Origin: Dictyostelium discoideum
Lineage: Eukaryota
DNA length: 64,000 nt
Direction of reading: 5' to 3'
Assembly: GCA_000004695.1 (NCBI GenBank)
Contig: CM000154.2
Coordinates: forward strand, 4,992,001-5,056,000
The notes beneath the pieces are model-generated. The model did no database searches, was not told the DNA's origin, and worked only from the letters and a program-made list of their open reading frames with translations. Within the stretch, counting starts at the first letter, position 1. Every line of letters starts with the position of its first letter. Both the position numbers and the translations under genes were made by a program. Below, in pieces: positions 1 to 21,034 of the stretch.

Positions 1-24
1 TTATTTTATTTTTTTTTTTTTTAT

Positions 25-2079
25 TTAATTAAAAACTTCAATTAAATTATCAATCATTGTATTACCATTTATAAGTTTTGTTGTTAAAATGATGAAATCA
101 CGATTAGCTTGATCTTGTCTTGAGAGGAAACGAAGTGCAGAAATTTCAGAGAAAGTAACACCACCAATAAAGTAAACCAATGTAATTGGTTTACGATCAC
201 TTTTTACATTTGTAGTTGCACCTTGTGGAAGTGGTTGAATCTCTTCAAAGGTTGGGCCAGGTAATTGTTTTAAGATATCATCGATTTGTCTCCACCCATT
301 TGGTTTAATTGCTGATTGAACCAATCTAACTGATAATGGAGCATAACCACTATACGTATAAGCTATATCATTTGGTGATTGTTCATTTAAATCCTCAATG
401 ATTAAATGAAGATCTTTACGAATTGATGGGAATGTAGGTTTCAAATCTGCTTTACGAATTAATCCTAATTTCTCCAAATTGTGGAGAGTGAGAATATGAC
501 TACAACCATAGGTTTGAATAACTTCTCTCTTAAAGAATTCCAATTGCTTTGGTTTAATACCATTATGTGTTGAACTATATAGAATGAGTAAACGTAATAC
601 CTTGTGAATTGGTTCTTTCTTATTGATACAATCTTCAATGAATCTCTCTGCAACTTCTAAATTTACACCTGCCAATAGATTCTGTTCAGTTTCAATACCT
701 TTCATAAAGAGTGGTGATTTAGTTACATTTAAAATCTGCTCAGTGATACAAGTGTGAATACGTAGAGAATTATGCTCCATTTGATAACTTGCCAACTTTT
801 TCATATAATCTCTAATGGCACTAATCGATTGAGTTTGTTTAAACATTTTATAATATTCATCGATATCTTTAGCCTTCTTATTTAATAATCCACATAATAC
901 AGAGAAATTTGTATCTCTAATTTCACTATATACTTTATCATTTGAATGTAATGGGAATGGTACTTTTTTAACAGGTTGTGGTGGTGATGCTGATTGTGGT
1001 GGTGGTGGTGGTTGAGATGGTGCACCAACACCACCCTGTTGACCTTGTGGTGGCACAACAATATCTTCATTTAAAAATACAGCATTATTATTGATTGTAA
1101 AAACTTCGTCTATTAAACCTTCATAAGTTAATTGAGTACACATTGGTGTAATGGTATCGATATCTCTGTCCAAGAGAATCAATGAATCGATCTCTGGTGG
1201 CACTGTACACTCTTCACCCATTTCCTTTCTCATACGCACAATCATATCCATGACTAGACGCGAACAGTGACCTTTACCCTTAACTATCGGAATGGTGCCA
1301 AACATAGCTTGTAACTTCATCAATGATTTAGCTACATGAAATAACGAAGTTCTATCACCATCTAATAAATACTCCCTATAGGATGATGCCAACTCTAAAG
1401 AGAGCACATCCTCATCGAATGGTACAATATCCAATGGGAAATCACTAATTACAAAATTACCCATCACACCCTGTTCCTCTAAAACACGTTGACATAAAAT
1501 GGTTGCTCTTGGTACAAATACAATTGAATACTCTTTCTTTAACCCTTTCTCTGCATGTTGTTTAACATGTTCAGTTATCCAATGCATATATTTAACTTCT
1601 GGTCTAACTATATAAACTATATTCTTACTATCTGTATTAATCTCTGGTTTTAATTCATATCTTCTATCTGCTCCACAATTCTAAATAAATAAATAAATAA
1701 GTAAACAAATAAAACAAAATATATTATTAATAATTTTAATTATTCTAATTATTCTAACAAATAATTGTAAATGTGATGTTTTGTTGAAAAAAAAACATAC
1801 AGATAAAAATGTTGGATCAGCTAATAAATTTAATAAACCAATTAATTTTGGATCCATAACTAATGCTTTTGAACCTTTGAGTGTACTAATTGCTGCACCT
1901 AACTCTAATTTACTTTGATCTCTAATCGATGTTAAATTTAAAACTTTACTTGAAATATTTGGAATTTGTGATAATACTATTGGTTTTAATGGTTGTGGTT
2001 GTTGTTGTTGTTTTGCTTGTTGTTGTTGTTGAGCCGCTGGTTTACCACCAGGTGCTTGTGATGCTGGTTTTTTAAACAT
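25..2079 (-). CDS. vps33: Sec1/Munc18-family protein, Vps33 homolog. Exons 2079..1801 and 1680..28, stop at 25..27, about 644 aa.
   Basis: Stretches such as DGDRTSLFHVAKSLMKLQAMFGTIPIVKGKGHCSRLVMDMIVRMRKE, LTYEGLIDEVF, HILTLHNLEKLGLIRK and SGYAPLSVRLVQ align with human VPS33A over the whole length. The N-terminal exon (ORF 1681..2079) is joined through GTATGT (1800..1795) and TTTAG (1685..1681); both exons are phase 0 and in frame. The Q-rich N-terminal extension is typical of Dictyostelium. Confidence 0.8.
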
Positions 2080-2191
2080 CTTTTTTTTTTATTTATATTT
2101 ATTTATTTAAATCAAAATAAAATAAATTGAAAATAAAATAAAAAAAAAATATAAAACTTTTTTTCACTCATAAAAAAAAAAAAAAAAAATC

Positions 2192-2226
<35 letters not shown>

Positions 2227-2395
2227 TTTTTTTTTTTTTTTTTATTATTAATCATTCGTCATTGTTCATCTTTTTTTTTTTTTTTATTTTTGGATTTTTT
2301 TTTTGGTTTAAATATTATAATTGATATTGTTATTATTTTATTTTTATTTTTATTTTTTAGGATTTTTTTTTGGATTTTTTTTATTTTCTTTAGAT

Positions 2396-3646
<1,251 letters not shown>

Positions 3647-3650
3647 TTTT

Positions 3651-3682
<32 letters not shown>

Positions 3683-4258
3683 CTTCTTTTTGGGGGACCA
3701 AATAAATAATAATAATAAACAGACGGAAAAAAAAAATAAATAAATAAAATAAAAAAAAAAATAAAAAAATAAAAAAATAAAAAAAATAAAAGAAAAAAAA
3801 AGAAAATATGAAAATTTTTTTTATTTTTTTATTTTTCTCAAGATGAAACGTCAATTTACTTTTCCCAAAACAAAAAAAATAAAAAAAATAAAAATAAAAT
3901 TCTAAAAAAAAATAAAAATAAAAACTCCTCCTAAAAAAAAGTCCAATTTTATTTTATTTTGATCATTTTGTTTTTTTTTTTTTAAAATATTTATTTTATA
4001 TATTTATTTTATTTTATTATTTTTGAAATTTTTTTTTTTTGGATTATGAAAGATTGTTTTTTTTTATTTTAAGTTCTCTATTTTTATATACTAAATTCAT
4101 ACTAAAAATAAATTGATCATTGCCAAAAAAAAAAAATAAAAAAAAATAAAAATAAAAATAAATAAAAATAAAAAAAAAAAAAAAATGAAATTATTTTTTT
4201 ATTTTTTATTTTAATTTTTTTTTTTTATATTTTTTTTTTTTTCACACAACACAACCAA

Positions 4259-6085
4259 ATGAATTACTCAAACAATGAAGATAAACAAGAATTGATTACC
4301 ATTCAAATTGGTAATTTCTCAAATTTTATTGGAGCACATTTTTGGAATATTCAAGAAGAGAATTATCAATACTCCAAAAGAGAACAATCACAATATGAAA
4401 TTGAACCTGAAATGTTATTTCGTTCAAATATTAATAGTGAAACATTTGATAAGGTAAAAAATTCATTTACTATTTTATTTCATTTTATAAATATTTATAT
4501 TAATATTTATATTTGTTTTTTTCAATAGGATATAAAATATACACCAAGATTATTGTTATTTGATTTCAAGAGTAATTTCGGATCAATGAATAGTGATGGA
4601 AAAGTTTTAAAACAAACAAGTAAAAATATTGATAATAATGATATACTTAATAGTGGTAGTGGTGGTAGTAGTGTTAATAAAATTATAAAACAATCAACAG
4701 GTAAACCAATTGATAGAGAGAATACATTAATTGATAATTCAAATGTTGATTTCGAGTATTGGTCAGATTATTTAAATGTAGATTATAATAGTAGAGGATT
4801 AATATCAATACCAGATTCTTTATTAAATATTGGTAGTCAAGTTAGTGGTAGTGCTAATGGTCTTATATATGATGATGGTTTCGATATGTTTGAATCAAAT
4901 TATGAATATGTTACAGATATTTATCAAGATAATTTACGAAGAATGATTGAAGAATGTGATAATTTATCAGGATTTCAATGTTTGATAGATACTGATGGTA
5001 TTTGGGGTGGTGTTAGTACATCGGTTTTATCACATATTCAAGATGAATACTCTTCAAAGGTTATATCAACTTGGGCATCTACTAATTACAATCATCAGAT
5101 CGATTTGGGTAATGAAGAGTCAATTGATGAAAGAATTTATAATAGTTCAAAAACAATTCAATCAATTGCTCCATCCTCTGGTACTGGTTTAACTGATCTT
5201 TTTATACCATTATCTTGTCAAAGATGGTGGTCAACCAATAAAGGAATAATGACACCACTTGGTAGTTCAATTAATAAATCAAAATATCAAACTAGTGCAG
5301 AGATAGCAGCATCAATTGATACAGCAACACTTTATTATAGATCAAATTATTCATCACAAACATTGTCATCATTTGTTTCACATTTAACAAGTTCACCATC
5401 ACGTAAACTATGCGTTTTATCAAGTAGTTTTCCAAATAGATTACAAGAGTTTGGTTTCACTTATTCCTCTTCAAAGTATAGTCGTGAACCAACTTTTCCA
5501 AATCAACCATTGTATAGTCATCCACTAATGAATTATCTCTCGCCAAGAATCGAACAACCTGTTAATCTATCAACTAGTAGTAGTAACCCATTAACTGAAA
5601 TCATTTCATTAAGAGGTATTGATATTTTCAAATCAATAGATCACCATCATGATAGATCAGAACTTTTAAATAATTATGATAAAATTTCATCATTATTTAA
5701 AATTTACCTTTCAAATAGTTACAATGGTCATGGTAGATCTGTTTTAAATCGTTCAATTGTTAATATTGTTCAACCATTTATTATGAAAAAAAATCATTTT
5801 CCAGTTTTATCAAATAATAAAAATAAAAATAATAATAATCAAAATGAAAATAATAATATTAATAATAATTCAATTGAAGAAAATCAAGAAATAATTGAAA
5901 ATCCAAATACAATTTTAACTCATTTACAAAATACAAATTTAATTCATCCATTCATTCAATATTTAAATCAAGGTTATAAACAAATAGTACAATCAAAAAG
6001 AATGAAAAGATTAACAATTGATCAAGATTCTTTTGCTGAAACAATTGAAATATTAAATTATTTATCTGATAGTTATCAAGAATAA
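4259..6085 (+). CDS. Misato/DML1-family (tubulin/FtsZ-like) protein. Exons 4259..4453 and 4529..6085.
   Basis: The N-terminus EDKQELITIQIGNFSNFIGAHFWNIQEE and the motif YTPRLLLFDFKSNFGS match the human MSTO1 N-terminus ([21 protein letters not shown] ... TYTPRLILMDLKGS). A 75-nt intron runs from GTAAAA (4454) to AG (4527-4528) and is in frame. Confidence 0.75.
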
Positions 6086-6498
6086 AATTGATAATAAAAA
6101 AAAAAAAAAAAAAAAAAGAAATAAAAAAAAAAATTAAGTTTTTTATTTTTTATTTTTAAATTAAAAAATAAGAAATATATATTTTGTAGTTTGTTTTTTG
6201 TATACATATACAAAATAGTTTTTTTTTTTTTTATTTTTTTTTTTAAAATTAATTGTAAACTGGAAATTTAAAAATTAAAATTAATTTGGGGGTTTAATTA
6301 AACAGTGAAGGCATTTTAATACTTTTAAATTTTTAAAATACAAAAATAATAATCGTGTTACTTTTCTTAAATATATTACAGATTGTTTTTATCATTTAAA
6401 AGATTTATTTTGTAATTTGTATCTGTTTTTTTTTTTTAATTTTAAAAATCGTAATTAATTATTATTTTTTTTTTTTTTTTCTTTATAATTAATAAAAA

Positions 6499-7014
6499 AT
6501 GAATATTATAAAAATTTTATTTTTAGTTTTCTTAACTATTTCATTTGTTTATTCAGAATATTTTAAAATGGGATCATGTCCTAAAGGTTATTCAAATGAA
6601 ATACCCCAGGCATATCAATTCACAATAATAACAAAAAAAATTGGAAATATTTTTTATTCAGGACAAATAACTGGTTTTGGTTGCTCTCAAGATGGTATGA
6701 TTAATAATGTAAATTATAAAATTTAATTATTATAATTTATATTAAAGAATTTATAATTTTTTTATTATTTTATATATTATTTAGTATATTTGGGTGGAAA
6801 AATTTATTCGTCATATTATTTTAATGATGGTGCCTATTCAACATTTAATTTATTTGATCAATCATTCGAAGGAAGAATGATTTTTAGCTCAAACAATAAA
6901 AATTTACAAAGTATTGATTTTATTTCAGCTACTTTTAACCAAAATGTACCTGCTTCATCATTTAATTTGACTTTTATAAATGGTCGTTATAATAATCCTC
7001 CTAAAATAAGTTAA
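6499..7014 (+). CDS. Small secreted protein, hypothetical, about 141 aa. Exons 6499..6694 and 6785..7014.
   Basis: Signal peptide MNIIKILFLVFLTISFVYS. ORFs 6499..6726 and 6790..7014 share a frame and join through a 90-nt intron, GTATGA (6695) to TTTAG (6784), in phase 1. The acceptor is the only good one available. There are no family-specific motifs. Confidence 0.45.
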
Positions 7015-7482
7015 TAATTATTTATTTTTGATGGGGTAAAATAAAAAAAATAAAAAAAAAGTGGTAAAAAAAATAAAAATATAAAAATAAAATAATAATC
7101 AATATTTTTAATCTATTATCTTTTATTACATTTTTACATAATGGGTATTTATTTGATTTAAATTTTTTAAAAAATAAAGTATTATTTGTAAAATTTTATC
7201 TGTTTTATTTTTTAGATATAATTCTTAATTTTGATTTAAACTTTTAGTATAAATTTTTTTTTATTTTTTTTATTTTTTTTTTTTTGATTGGTTATTTATA
7301 TAATTTTAATTTTATTTAATTATTTTTTATATATTATTTATTTTTATTATTTTTATTTTATAAATTTTTTTTTACATTTTAAACAAACTAAATGTATTTA
7401 TAAAAAAAATTTTATTTTTTAATATTTATTCTAAATTTATCAACTGGAATTCAAATAGGAATTATAAAAAAATAAATAAAAA

Positions 7483-7917
7483 ATGAATTTAAAATCAATT
7501 ATATTTGTTTTATTTATTGCATTTTTTGCATTTTCTTTGGCTAACGACGATGATCCTACATGTCCAAATGGTTTTATATGTTTTTGGGTAGGTCAAAATT
7601 ATACAGGTGATCAATGGAAATGGACACCAAGAATGAATTATAGAGATTTACCAAGACAATATCATAATAATGTAAGTTTTTTTTTTTTATTTTTTTAATA
7701 TTTTCCAAATAAAATAAAAAAATATCTTTATTCTAACTTTTTTTTTATTTTATTTGGAATATTAAAAAATGAAAAAAAGGTTGGATCTTATGTGGCAAAA
7801 ACAAATGCTTGTTTTAAAAATTGGATTCCTTATTTAACATTTGAATGTAATGAAGGTGATTCAAGTCATAGTTTTACATTTGGAAAAATAATTGATGGTG
7901 TTTCTCATGAATGTTAA
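7483..7917 (+). CDS. Small secreted Cys-containing protein, about 108 aa, with a possible single beta-gamma-crystallin-like Greek-key domain. Exons 7483..7671 and 7780..7917.
   Basis: Signal peptide MNLKSIIFVLFIAFFAFSLA. Intron from GTAAGT (7672) to AAG (7777-7779), phase 0. The second exon VGSYVAKTNACFKNWIPYLTFECNEGDSSHSFTFGKIIDGVSHEC ends at TAA 7915..7917. The spacing FWVGQNYTGDQW ... YRDLP ... NN-S ... C resembles beta-gamma-crystallin and killer-toxin-like folds, but this is inference only. Confidence 0.5.
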
Positions 7918-8154
7918 TAATATTTATTTATTAATTTAAAAAAATAAAAAAAAGTGACAATAATAAAAATAAAATTAAAAAAAAAAATAAAAAAAAAAAC
8001 GATTTTAATAAATAAATCTGTTTGTTTTATTATATAATAAATTAATTTTTGTTGGTTTGGTTATTATTATTATTTTATATAAAATAATTGTTTTGATTTT
8101 TTTGATTTTTTTGATTTTTTTTTTTTAATTTTAATTTTTAAATAAATTTTTTAA

Positions 8155-13896
<5,742 letters not shown>

Positions 13897-15181
13897 GGCA
13901 TTGACCTTTAATTAAATATTTTTATAGTTTTTTTTTTTGTTTTTTTTATTCTTCTTTTTTTTTTTCTTCTTTTTAAAATTATTATTATTAAAAATTTAAA
14001 GAGAGAGAGATGGATGATTAAAAAAAAAAAAAAAAAAAAATATATGTAAGGGGAAAAAAAAAAAAAAAAAAAAAGTTGTAATTAATTGTGTGATTATTTA
14101 GGGGTGGTTATATTTTGGTTGTGTGTGAAAAATCAAACACTGTTTCCAAAAAGATTTTTACTTTTTTTTATTTTTATTTTTTTTTTTGTTTTTTTTTATT
14201 TTTTTTTATTTTTTTTTTTTTATTTTTTATTTTATTTTTTTTTTTTCAAATGATTTGCAAAACTAAAAAAATTAAAAAATGAAAATTTATAAAAAAAATA
14301 AAAATAAATGATATAAATATAATTTAATAGATAAATGGATAAGAAGGAAGGAAAAAAAAAAAAAAAAAAAAAAAAGACAATGTGCAAGCAACAGTTGGGA
14401 AAAAAAAAAAAAAAAAAAAAACAATTTTTTTTTTTTTTCAAAAATAAAAAAGCCTTTTTTTTTAAAAAATTTTAAAATTTTTATTTTGGCAAAAACAAAT
14501 TTTTTCCAAAATATCTTTTTTGTTTGCAAATCATGCTTTGAAAAAAAACATTTTAATAAAAAAAAAAAAAAACCTATTTATTTTTTTTTAATTTTATTTT
14601 CCCAATCTTGTATGGTTTTCCTTTAAAAAAATTGAAAAAAAAAAAAAAAAAAAAACAGATCAAAATTTTGAAAAAAGATATATTTGTATTGATAAAAAAA
14701 AAAAAAATAAAAAAATACTAATCCAATCAAATCTATTTTTTTTTTTTTTTTTTTTTAAAAAATCTATTTTTTTTTTTTTTTTTAAAAAATCTTTTTTTTT
14801 TTTTAAAAATAGATTTTTTTAAATAATATATATACTCTCTCTCGTTGTTCCTAAAAAAATAAAAAAAACAATTACTAAAAAACTAAATTTTAAAAAAAAA
14901 AAAAATTTAAAAAAACAATGATTACATTCATTTTTTTTTTATTTTATTTTGTGTATTTTGGAGTGCCCTATTTTTTATACTATATTCGTAGTGAAAATAA
15001 ATAAAATTATATCATTTTTAAATTAAACAAAAAAAAAAAAAAAAAAAAAACTTTTTTTTTTTTAAAATGATATAATTTTTTTTTTTTTTTTAAACAATTT
15101 TTATCTACAATTTTATTATTTATTTATTTATTTATTTTTTTTATATTATTTTTTTTATTTTTTTTTTAAATTTTTTTTAAT

Positions 15182-16744
15182 TTAATTTCTTCTTTCAATT
15201 TTTACAAAGAAATCAGGACAATTTAAAGCAACAGAAAAAGTTCCTTGATCATTGAGTGGTATATTTGATGGATTTGTAAATTTGAAATTACCAAATAATT
15301 CAGCCATAGCAGTATGAACTTCAGCCTCACTTAAACTCATACCCATACAATTTCTAGTACCAACAGCGAAATGAACACTTTTAGAAACATCATTTTGAAT
15401 ATGTCTTTCTGGTATGAAATTATTTGGATTTGGCCAAAAAGATTCACTACGATGAGTAGAGTAAATATTTTGAATGATTTGAGTACCCTTTGCAATTTTA
15501 TGACCTTGAATCTCACAATCCTCAGAAGTCATATGAGGTAAACCTAAAATACCAGCTGGATACATTCTAAAAACTTCTTTAACAACCAATGCCAAATATG
15601 GAATTCCATTACGATATTTACTATACGAATAATGATTATCACCCTTCTCCATTGAGTCAATGATATTTCTACTTAATTTCTCTTGAATCTCTGCATTATT
15701 AACAAGTGCCACAATTGCAAATGATAAGGTTTGACCAACTGTATCAGTTCCTGCAATTAAAACATCAATACAAATACTAATTAAAGCATTTTGAGTGATT
15801 CTATTATTTTCAACTTCAATTAATAATTTATCTAAAATTGTAACAGTAGGCTCAGTGGCACCGTCAATTGGCTCTTGCTCTTGTTGTTGATGTTGCTTTG
15901 AATCTTTATATCTTTCAATTAAATTTATAATATGATTTGAAAGTAACTTATGAATATCATAAAACTCTTTTGATCTATCATTCATAAATGGTGATAAAAT
16001 TGGAAAATAAGTTGTAATGGAGGGTTGACTAACAAGTTTTAAAAATTGTTGAATCACTTGAATGATTGATGAACTGCCATCATCCAATTCAGTGTATGGG
16101 TAATTCACACCAAATAAGAATCTGAGAATGATATTAATTGAAAATAAATTTAAATATTTATTCATTGTGAATGGAGTACCCTGTTTAGCATGTTGATCTA
16201 ATAATTCACATAACCTTTTTGATTCTTGGTTAATGTGAGACTCCATTTTTTTAATTTTAGTTGCAGTCATTTCTGAAAGTATTACAGATTTTAAATTTTT
16301 ATGATAATCACCATTGGAATTGATTAATCCTTTATATCCATTAATCGATCTAGCATTCTCTCTTTGAAATCTACTTGTAAAAGTATCAGAATTATCAATG
16401 AATGCTTCCCTCAATATTGGATAACCAGTTAGAACAACAGTCTCTAATGAACCAATAGAAACTCTAAAAACCGGTCCATACTTTTCAAACCACTCCAAAT
16501 ATTTTAAATGTAAATTCTTTTTAGTTCTTGCTAATTCTATTAAATTACCAAATAAAAATCCTTTTGGACCTGGAATTTTACTATTTATTTTTTTTTTTCT
16601 ATCTTGCTAAAAATAAAAAAAAAGAATTAATAATTAATATTTTTTTTTTTTTTTGAAAGAAAGATAGAAAAAAATAATTACATTTTTAATAAATAAGAAA
16701 TAAATTGATACAAGTGATACTAATATTAATACTAAATAATTCAT
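15182..16744 (-). CDS. Cytochrome P450 monooxygenase. Exons 16744..16682 and 16606..15185, about 496 aa.
   Basis: Heme-binding motif FAVGTRNCMGMSL (FxxGxRxCxG) and a K-helix region. A short upstream exon MNYLVLILVSLVSIYFLFIKN supplies the membrane anchor. A 75-nt intron runs from GTAATT (16681) to TTAG (16610..16607). Exon 2 then gives KKKINSKIPGPKGFLFGNLIEL, the P450 PPGP hinge. Confidence 0.8.
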
Positions 16745-16813
16745 TTTATAATATTACAATTTAAAATTTTTGATTGTATTTTTAAATAGAATTTTTTTTT
16801 TTTTTTTTGAATG

Positions 16814-16854
<41 letters not shown>

Positions 16855-17347
16855 AAAAAAATTTAAAAAAAAAAAAAAATCTTCAACATGTAACCTTCCT
16901 GTTTTGTGTTTTTGTAAAACAATGTTTTTTTTTTTTTTTTTTTGGGAGTTGGGTTGTAAGGGTTTATATGAAATTAAAAAAAAGAAATGGTGCTATAAAA
17001 AAGAAAAAAAAAATTGCAGTTAGTATAATTAATAAAAATAAAAAAAAAAAAAAAAAAAAAATATGGAAACAAAAAGTGAGATACCCTTTTTTAAAATCAA
17101 GATATTTTTTTTTTCAAAACCCATGATTATAATAATATAATATAATAATAAATAATAAAAATAAAAAAAAGAAAAGATTTTAAAAAAAAAGTTTATTATT
17201 CACAAAAATTTTATTTTTTTATTTGTTTTTTTTTTTTTTTTGTTGTGTTTTTTTTTTTTTTTTGTTTTTTTTTTTTTTGTTTTGATCTTATCTTATTTTT
17301 TTTTTTTTTTTTTTTTTCAATTAAATTTCCAAAAAAAAAAATAAAAA

Positions 17348-19482
17348 CTAATCTTCCAAATTACCACTGTTTACGGAAATTCCATTTCCACTATTAAGTT
17401 TTTGTTGATATGAAAAAGAATTACTAATGATTCTATTTGTATATGATTTCTTATAAACTCTATCATAAAAGTCATCTTCATCATCTTCCTCAAATTTATT
17501 ACCTGGTGGTTGTGATTGTTCGTTATTTCCATTGGAATAATTTTCATTAAAGTTATTATTATTATTATTATTATTATTATCGCTATTTGTATTTGGTTGA
17601 CTATTTATATTATTTATATTATTTATATTATTTATATTATTTATATTACTATTACTATTATTATTATTTGACGATTTAGTTACAGTTGATTCTAACATTT
17701 GTATAATTTCTTTATCTTGATTTTCTTGAATTAATTTTTCTAAAGCAATTTTCTTTGAAGCACCTTTTGATAATAGATATTTTACAAAATTTGTTTTTCC
17801 AGCTTTGGCTGCTAAATATAATGGAGTGTAACCTTGGTCATCGGAATCATCAGCAGCAATTTCACATCCCTTACTTTCAAATATCATTTGTCCCATCATT
17901 AAACTTGCAAATTGTACTGATAAATGAATTAAATTTTGACCATTCTTTGTCTTTTTTTTTGAAAAAAAAAAAAAAATAAATTAATATATTTTTAAAAATA
18001 TTTAAAATATTTAAATTAATAATAATAAAATTTTGTTATAATTACCTTTATATTTAATTTTGAATTAAATTTAATTAAGAATTTAACAGTTTCAATTCTA
18101 GATTCTCTAACAGCATAATGAATTGGTGTATAACCTTCAGAATCTTGAATATTTGGATCAGCACCATTTTCCAAGAGTAAACGAGTGATAAGATCATGAC
18201 CCATTAGGGATGAAGTGTGTAATGGTGTATGACCATCAATGTCAATGGCATTCATATCGGCACCATTACAAATTAAAAGCTTGGCAATTGAGAAATAACC
18301 CATGATACAAGCATGATGGAGTGGTGTACGATTGTTTGAATCAATGACAGAGGCCTTTGCTTCGGTTTCAATTAAAAGTTTACAAATTTTCTCGAAACCT
18401 TTCAATGAGGCAATGTGTAATGGTGTCTCGCCATTTATTTTTGTTTTTACAGATACTTCAGCATCATGATCCAATAATGATGAAGCAATTTGAAGATGGC
18501 CACCTTTGCAAGCTGAAAACAATGGAGAAACACCCTCGTCATTCACTAGATTTGGGTCGGCTCTATGTTCTAATAAGAGTTCAACAATTGGTTGATTACC
18601 CAAAACTGATGCGGCAATTAATGGTGTATTACCTTGGTTATCTTTGATATTTGGATTTGCACCACTTTCAATTAATCTTCTAACTTGATATTCATAGCCC
18701 AAGAATGCTGCTGTAAAGAGTAATGATAAACCTTTACTATCACGTGCATTAACATCAATTGAGTTTGGATCGTCTGGATTATAACGAATTAAGAAATCAA
18801 TATTATTTGGATGTAATAATATTTTATTCCAAGCAGATGCAACTGAAAACTTTTCACCACAATCACCATTACTTAATGGTTGATTATGATTATGATTATG
18901 ATTGTGATTGTGATGATTATGATTATGATTATGGTGATGATGATTATGTGAACCACCACCGCCACCACCACCACCACCCATATTACCATTAATTGAATTA
19001 CCACCATGTGGTATATATTTATTTAGATTTCTATTATGATTTCCATTTAATATATTATTAATACCATTCATTCCACCACCACCATTACCACCACCATTAC
19101 CACCACCACCACCCATTGAATTCATACCATTTTGTGAACCCAATGCATTATAGATTAAATCAGAGCCACCATGTGATAATTGTGGTTTAAATTCCATATT
19201 TCTGGCTTTAGCTCTACGATTTTGGAACCAAATTTGAACGGATCTAGCAGTCATATGTAATTCAACGGCCAATTGACTTCTAAGATTAAGATTTGGATGT
19301 TGATGAGCCATGAAAATTTTCTCCAGTAATTTAAGTTGGTCTGGTGATGTTCTCTTTCTTTTCTTTTTTGATGGATCATCTTGATCCAACATTAAATCAT
19401 TTGTTGATCTTGATAAAAGTTTTGAAAAACTATTACTTGAATATGGTGTTGGTGATAATTGTTGGGATTGTGAAAGATGTTG

Positions 19483-19539
<57 letters not shown>

Positions 19540-19574
19540 ATTATTATTATTATTATTATTGTTATTGTTATTAC

Positions 19575-19644
<70 letters not shown>

Positions 19645-19854
19645 CATTCCATACATATTGTTTGGATTTAAATTTGTATTCGTCCCATTATTTATTTCAT
19701 TTGTATTTGTGTTATTATTATTATTATTATTATATTGTTTTGATCCTGTTGGATTATTGTATTGTTGTTCATAAGAATCATAATCTGATCTATTAATATT
19801 GCCTATATTTGGATAACCAAGTGAATGTTGGGATTTCATAACAATTGATGCCAT
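17348..19854 (-). CDS. warA: Homeobox plus ankyrin-repeat transcription factor, most likely Wariai. Exons 19854..18046 and 17950..17351, 803 aa.
   Basis: Homeodomain KRKRTSPDQLKLLEKIFMAHQHPNLNLRSQLAVELHMTARSVQIWFQNRRAKARN, followed by about nine ankyrin repeats (G.TPLH.A...GH consensus). The intron runs from GTAATT (18045) to AG (17952-17951), phase 0. The second exon starts TKNGQNLIHLSVQFASLMMGQ. I recall 803 aa as the published length of Dictyostelium WarA. The locus order also fits my memory of DDB_G0291xxx neighbours. Both points are memory, not search. Confidence 0.7.
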
Positions 19855-20117
19855 CTTTTAGAAAATAATATTGATTTTAAAATTATTTAATTTGTTAATT
19901 TTATTTATCTGATTAATAATGATAATAAAAAAAAATAAAAAATAAAAAAAAGGGCTATAAGTATGTATTTATTAGTTTATTAATTTATTAATTTAAATAT
20001 CCAAGTAACAATGGGCCCAAAAAATAAAAAAACAATATAAAGAAATAATATAAAATGAAAGAAAGAAAATAGAATAAAAAAAAAAAAAAAAAAAATCTTT
20101 ATTCTTTAAAGTATTAG

Positions 20118-20148
<31 letters not shown>

Positions 20149-20997
20149 TATAATAAGCATATGGGTGTTAAAAAAAAAAAAAAAAAAAAAAACAAACAAA
20201 TAAAAATTAAAACAATTTATTGGATAATAATTTTATTTGTTTAAAAAAAAAAAAAATTTTAAAATTAATTAAAAATTAAAAATTAAATAAATAAAATAGT
20301 TGGTAATATTTAAACACCACTTTTGTTAGGGAAAAAAAACCAAAAAAAATCTCTTGGGTGGGGTTTATTTAGTTTTTCTTTTTTTTTTTTTCCACCCAAT
20401 TAGAAATTCCCTTAAGGGAGAACTTGGTTTAATTAATGGACAGGAGATTTAATAAATGCATTAATTAATATAGCTATTAATAAATATATATGAAAAAAAT
20501 AAAAAAATAAAAAAAGTGAAATCAAAAAGAATTTATTACTATTGTTGTTGCTATTTTTTTTTTTTTAAAAAAATAAATTTAAAAGGTGTTTCGTATATAT
20601 TTAAAATATTATCACTAAAAAAAAAAAAAAAAAAAAAAAAAAATAAGAAAATAAAAATTAAAAATATTAGGACCAAAAAAATCCACAATAAATATTAAAA
20701 TTTTATTACTTTTTTGGCAGTGCTTTGAAAGAGTATTGTGAATATATAAATATTTTTTTTTTTGGAAAATAAAATAATAAAAAAAAAAAAAAAAGATATA
20801 AAAATGTTGTATTTAATTTATTTTATGTGGCATAGGTGAAGAGAAAAAAAATAAATAAAAAAAAAAAAAAAAACTAAAAACAATTATTTATTATATTTAT
20901 TATATTTATTATTACTATCCAACAAAATTAATATTTATAAAAAAAAAAAAAAAAAGAAAAAAAAAAATAAAAAAAAAAAAAAAAAAAGCTTTTTGTG

Positions 20998-21034
<37 letters not shown>

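Noticed and set aside
14232-14529. Short ORFs made of poly-F/poly-K (14232-14529) and (TAT)n poly-Tyr (51365-51556)
   Set aside because: They translate A/T homopolymer or (ATT)n tracts in intergenic or intronic DNA. This is a compositional artefact, not coding. The same applies to the other poly-F/poly-K/poly-I ORFs such as 3588-3854, 16811-17023, 35001-35426 and 39712-40014.
20330-20420. GC-richer patch with inverted repeat tcttgggtgggg ... ccacccaattagaa; considered as a small ncRNA or tRNA-like gene
   Set aside because: There is no tRNA cloverleaf, and I saw no T-loop GTTCRANYC consensus anywhere in the window. It does not match the Dictyostelium class I RNA motif as I remember it. I left it as possible regulatory secondary structure only.
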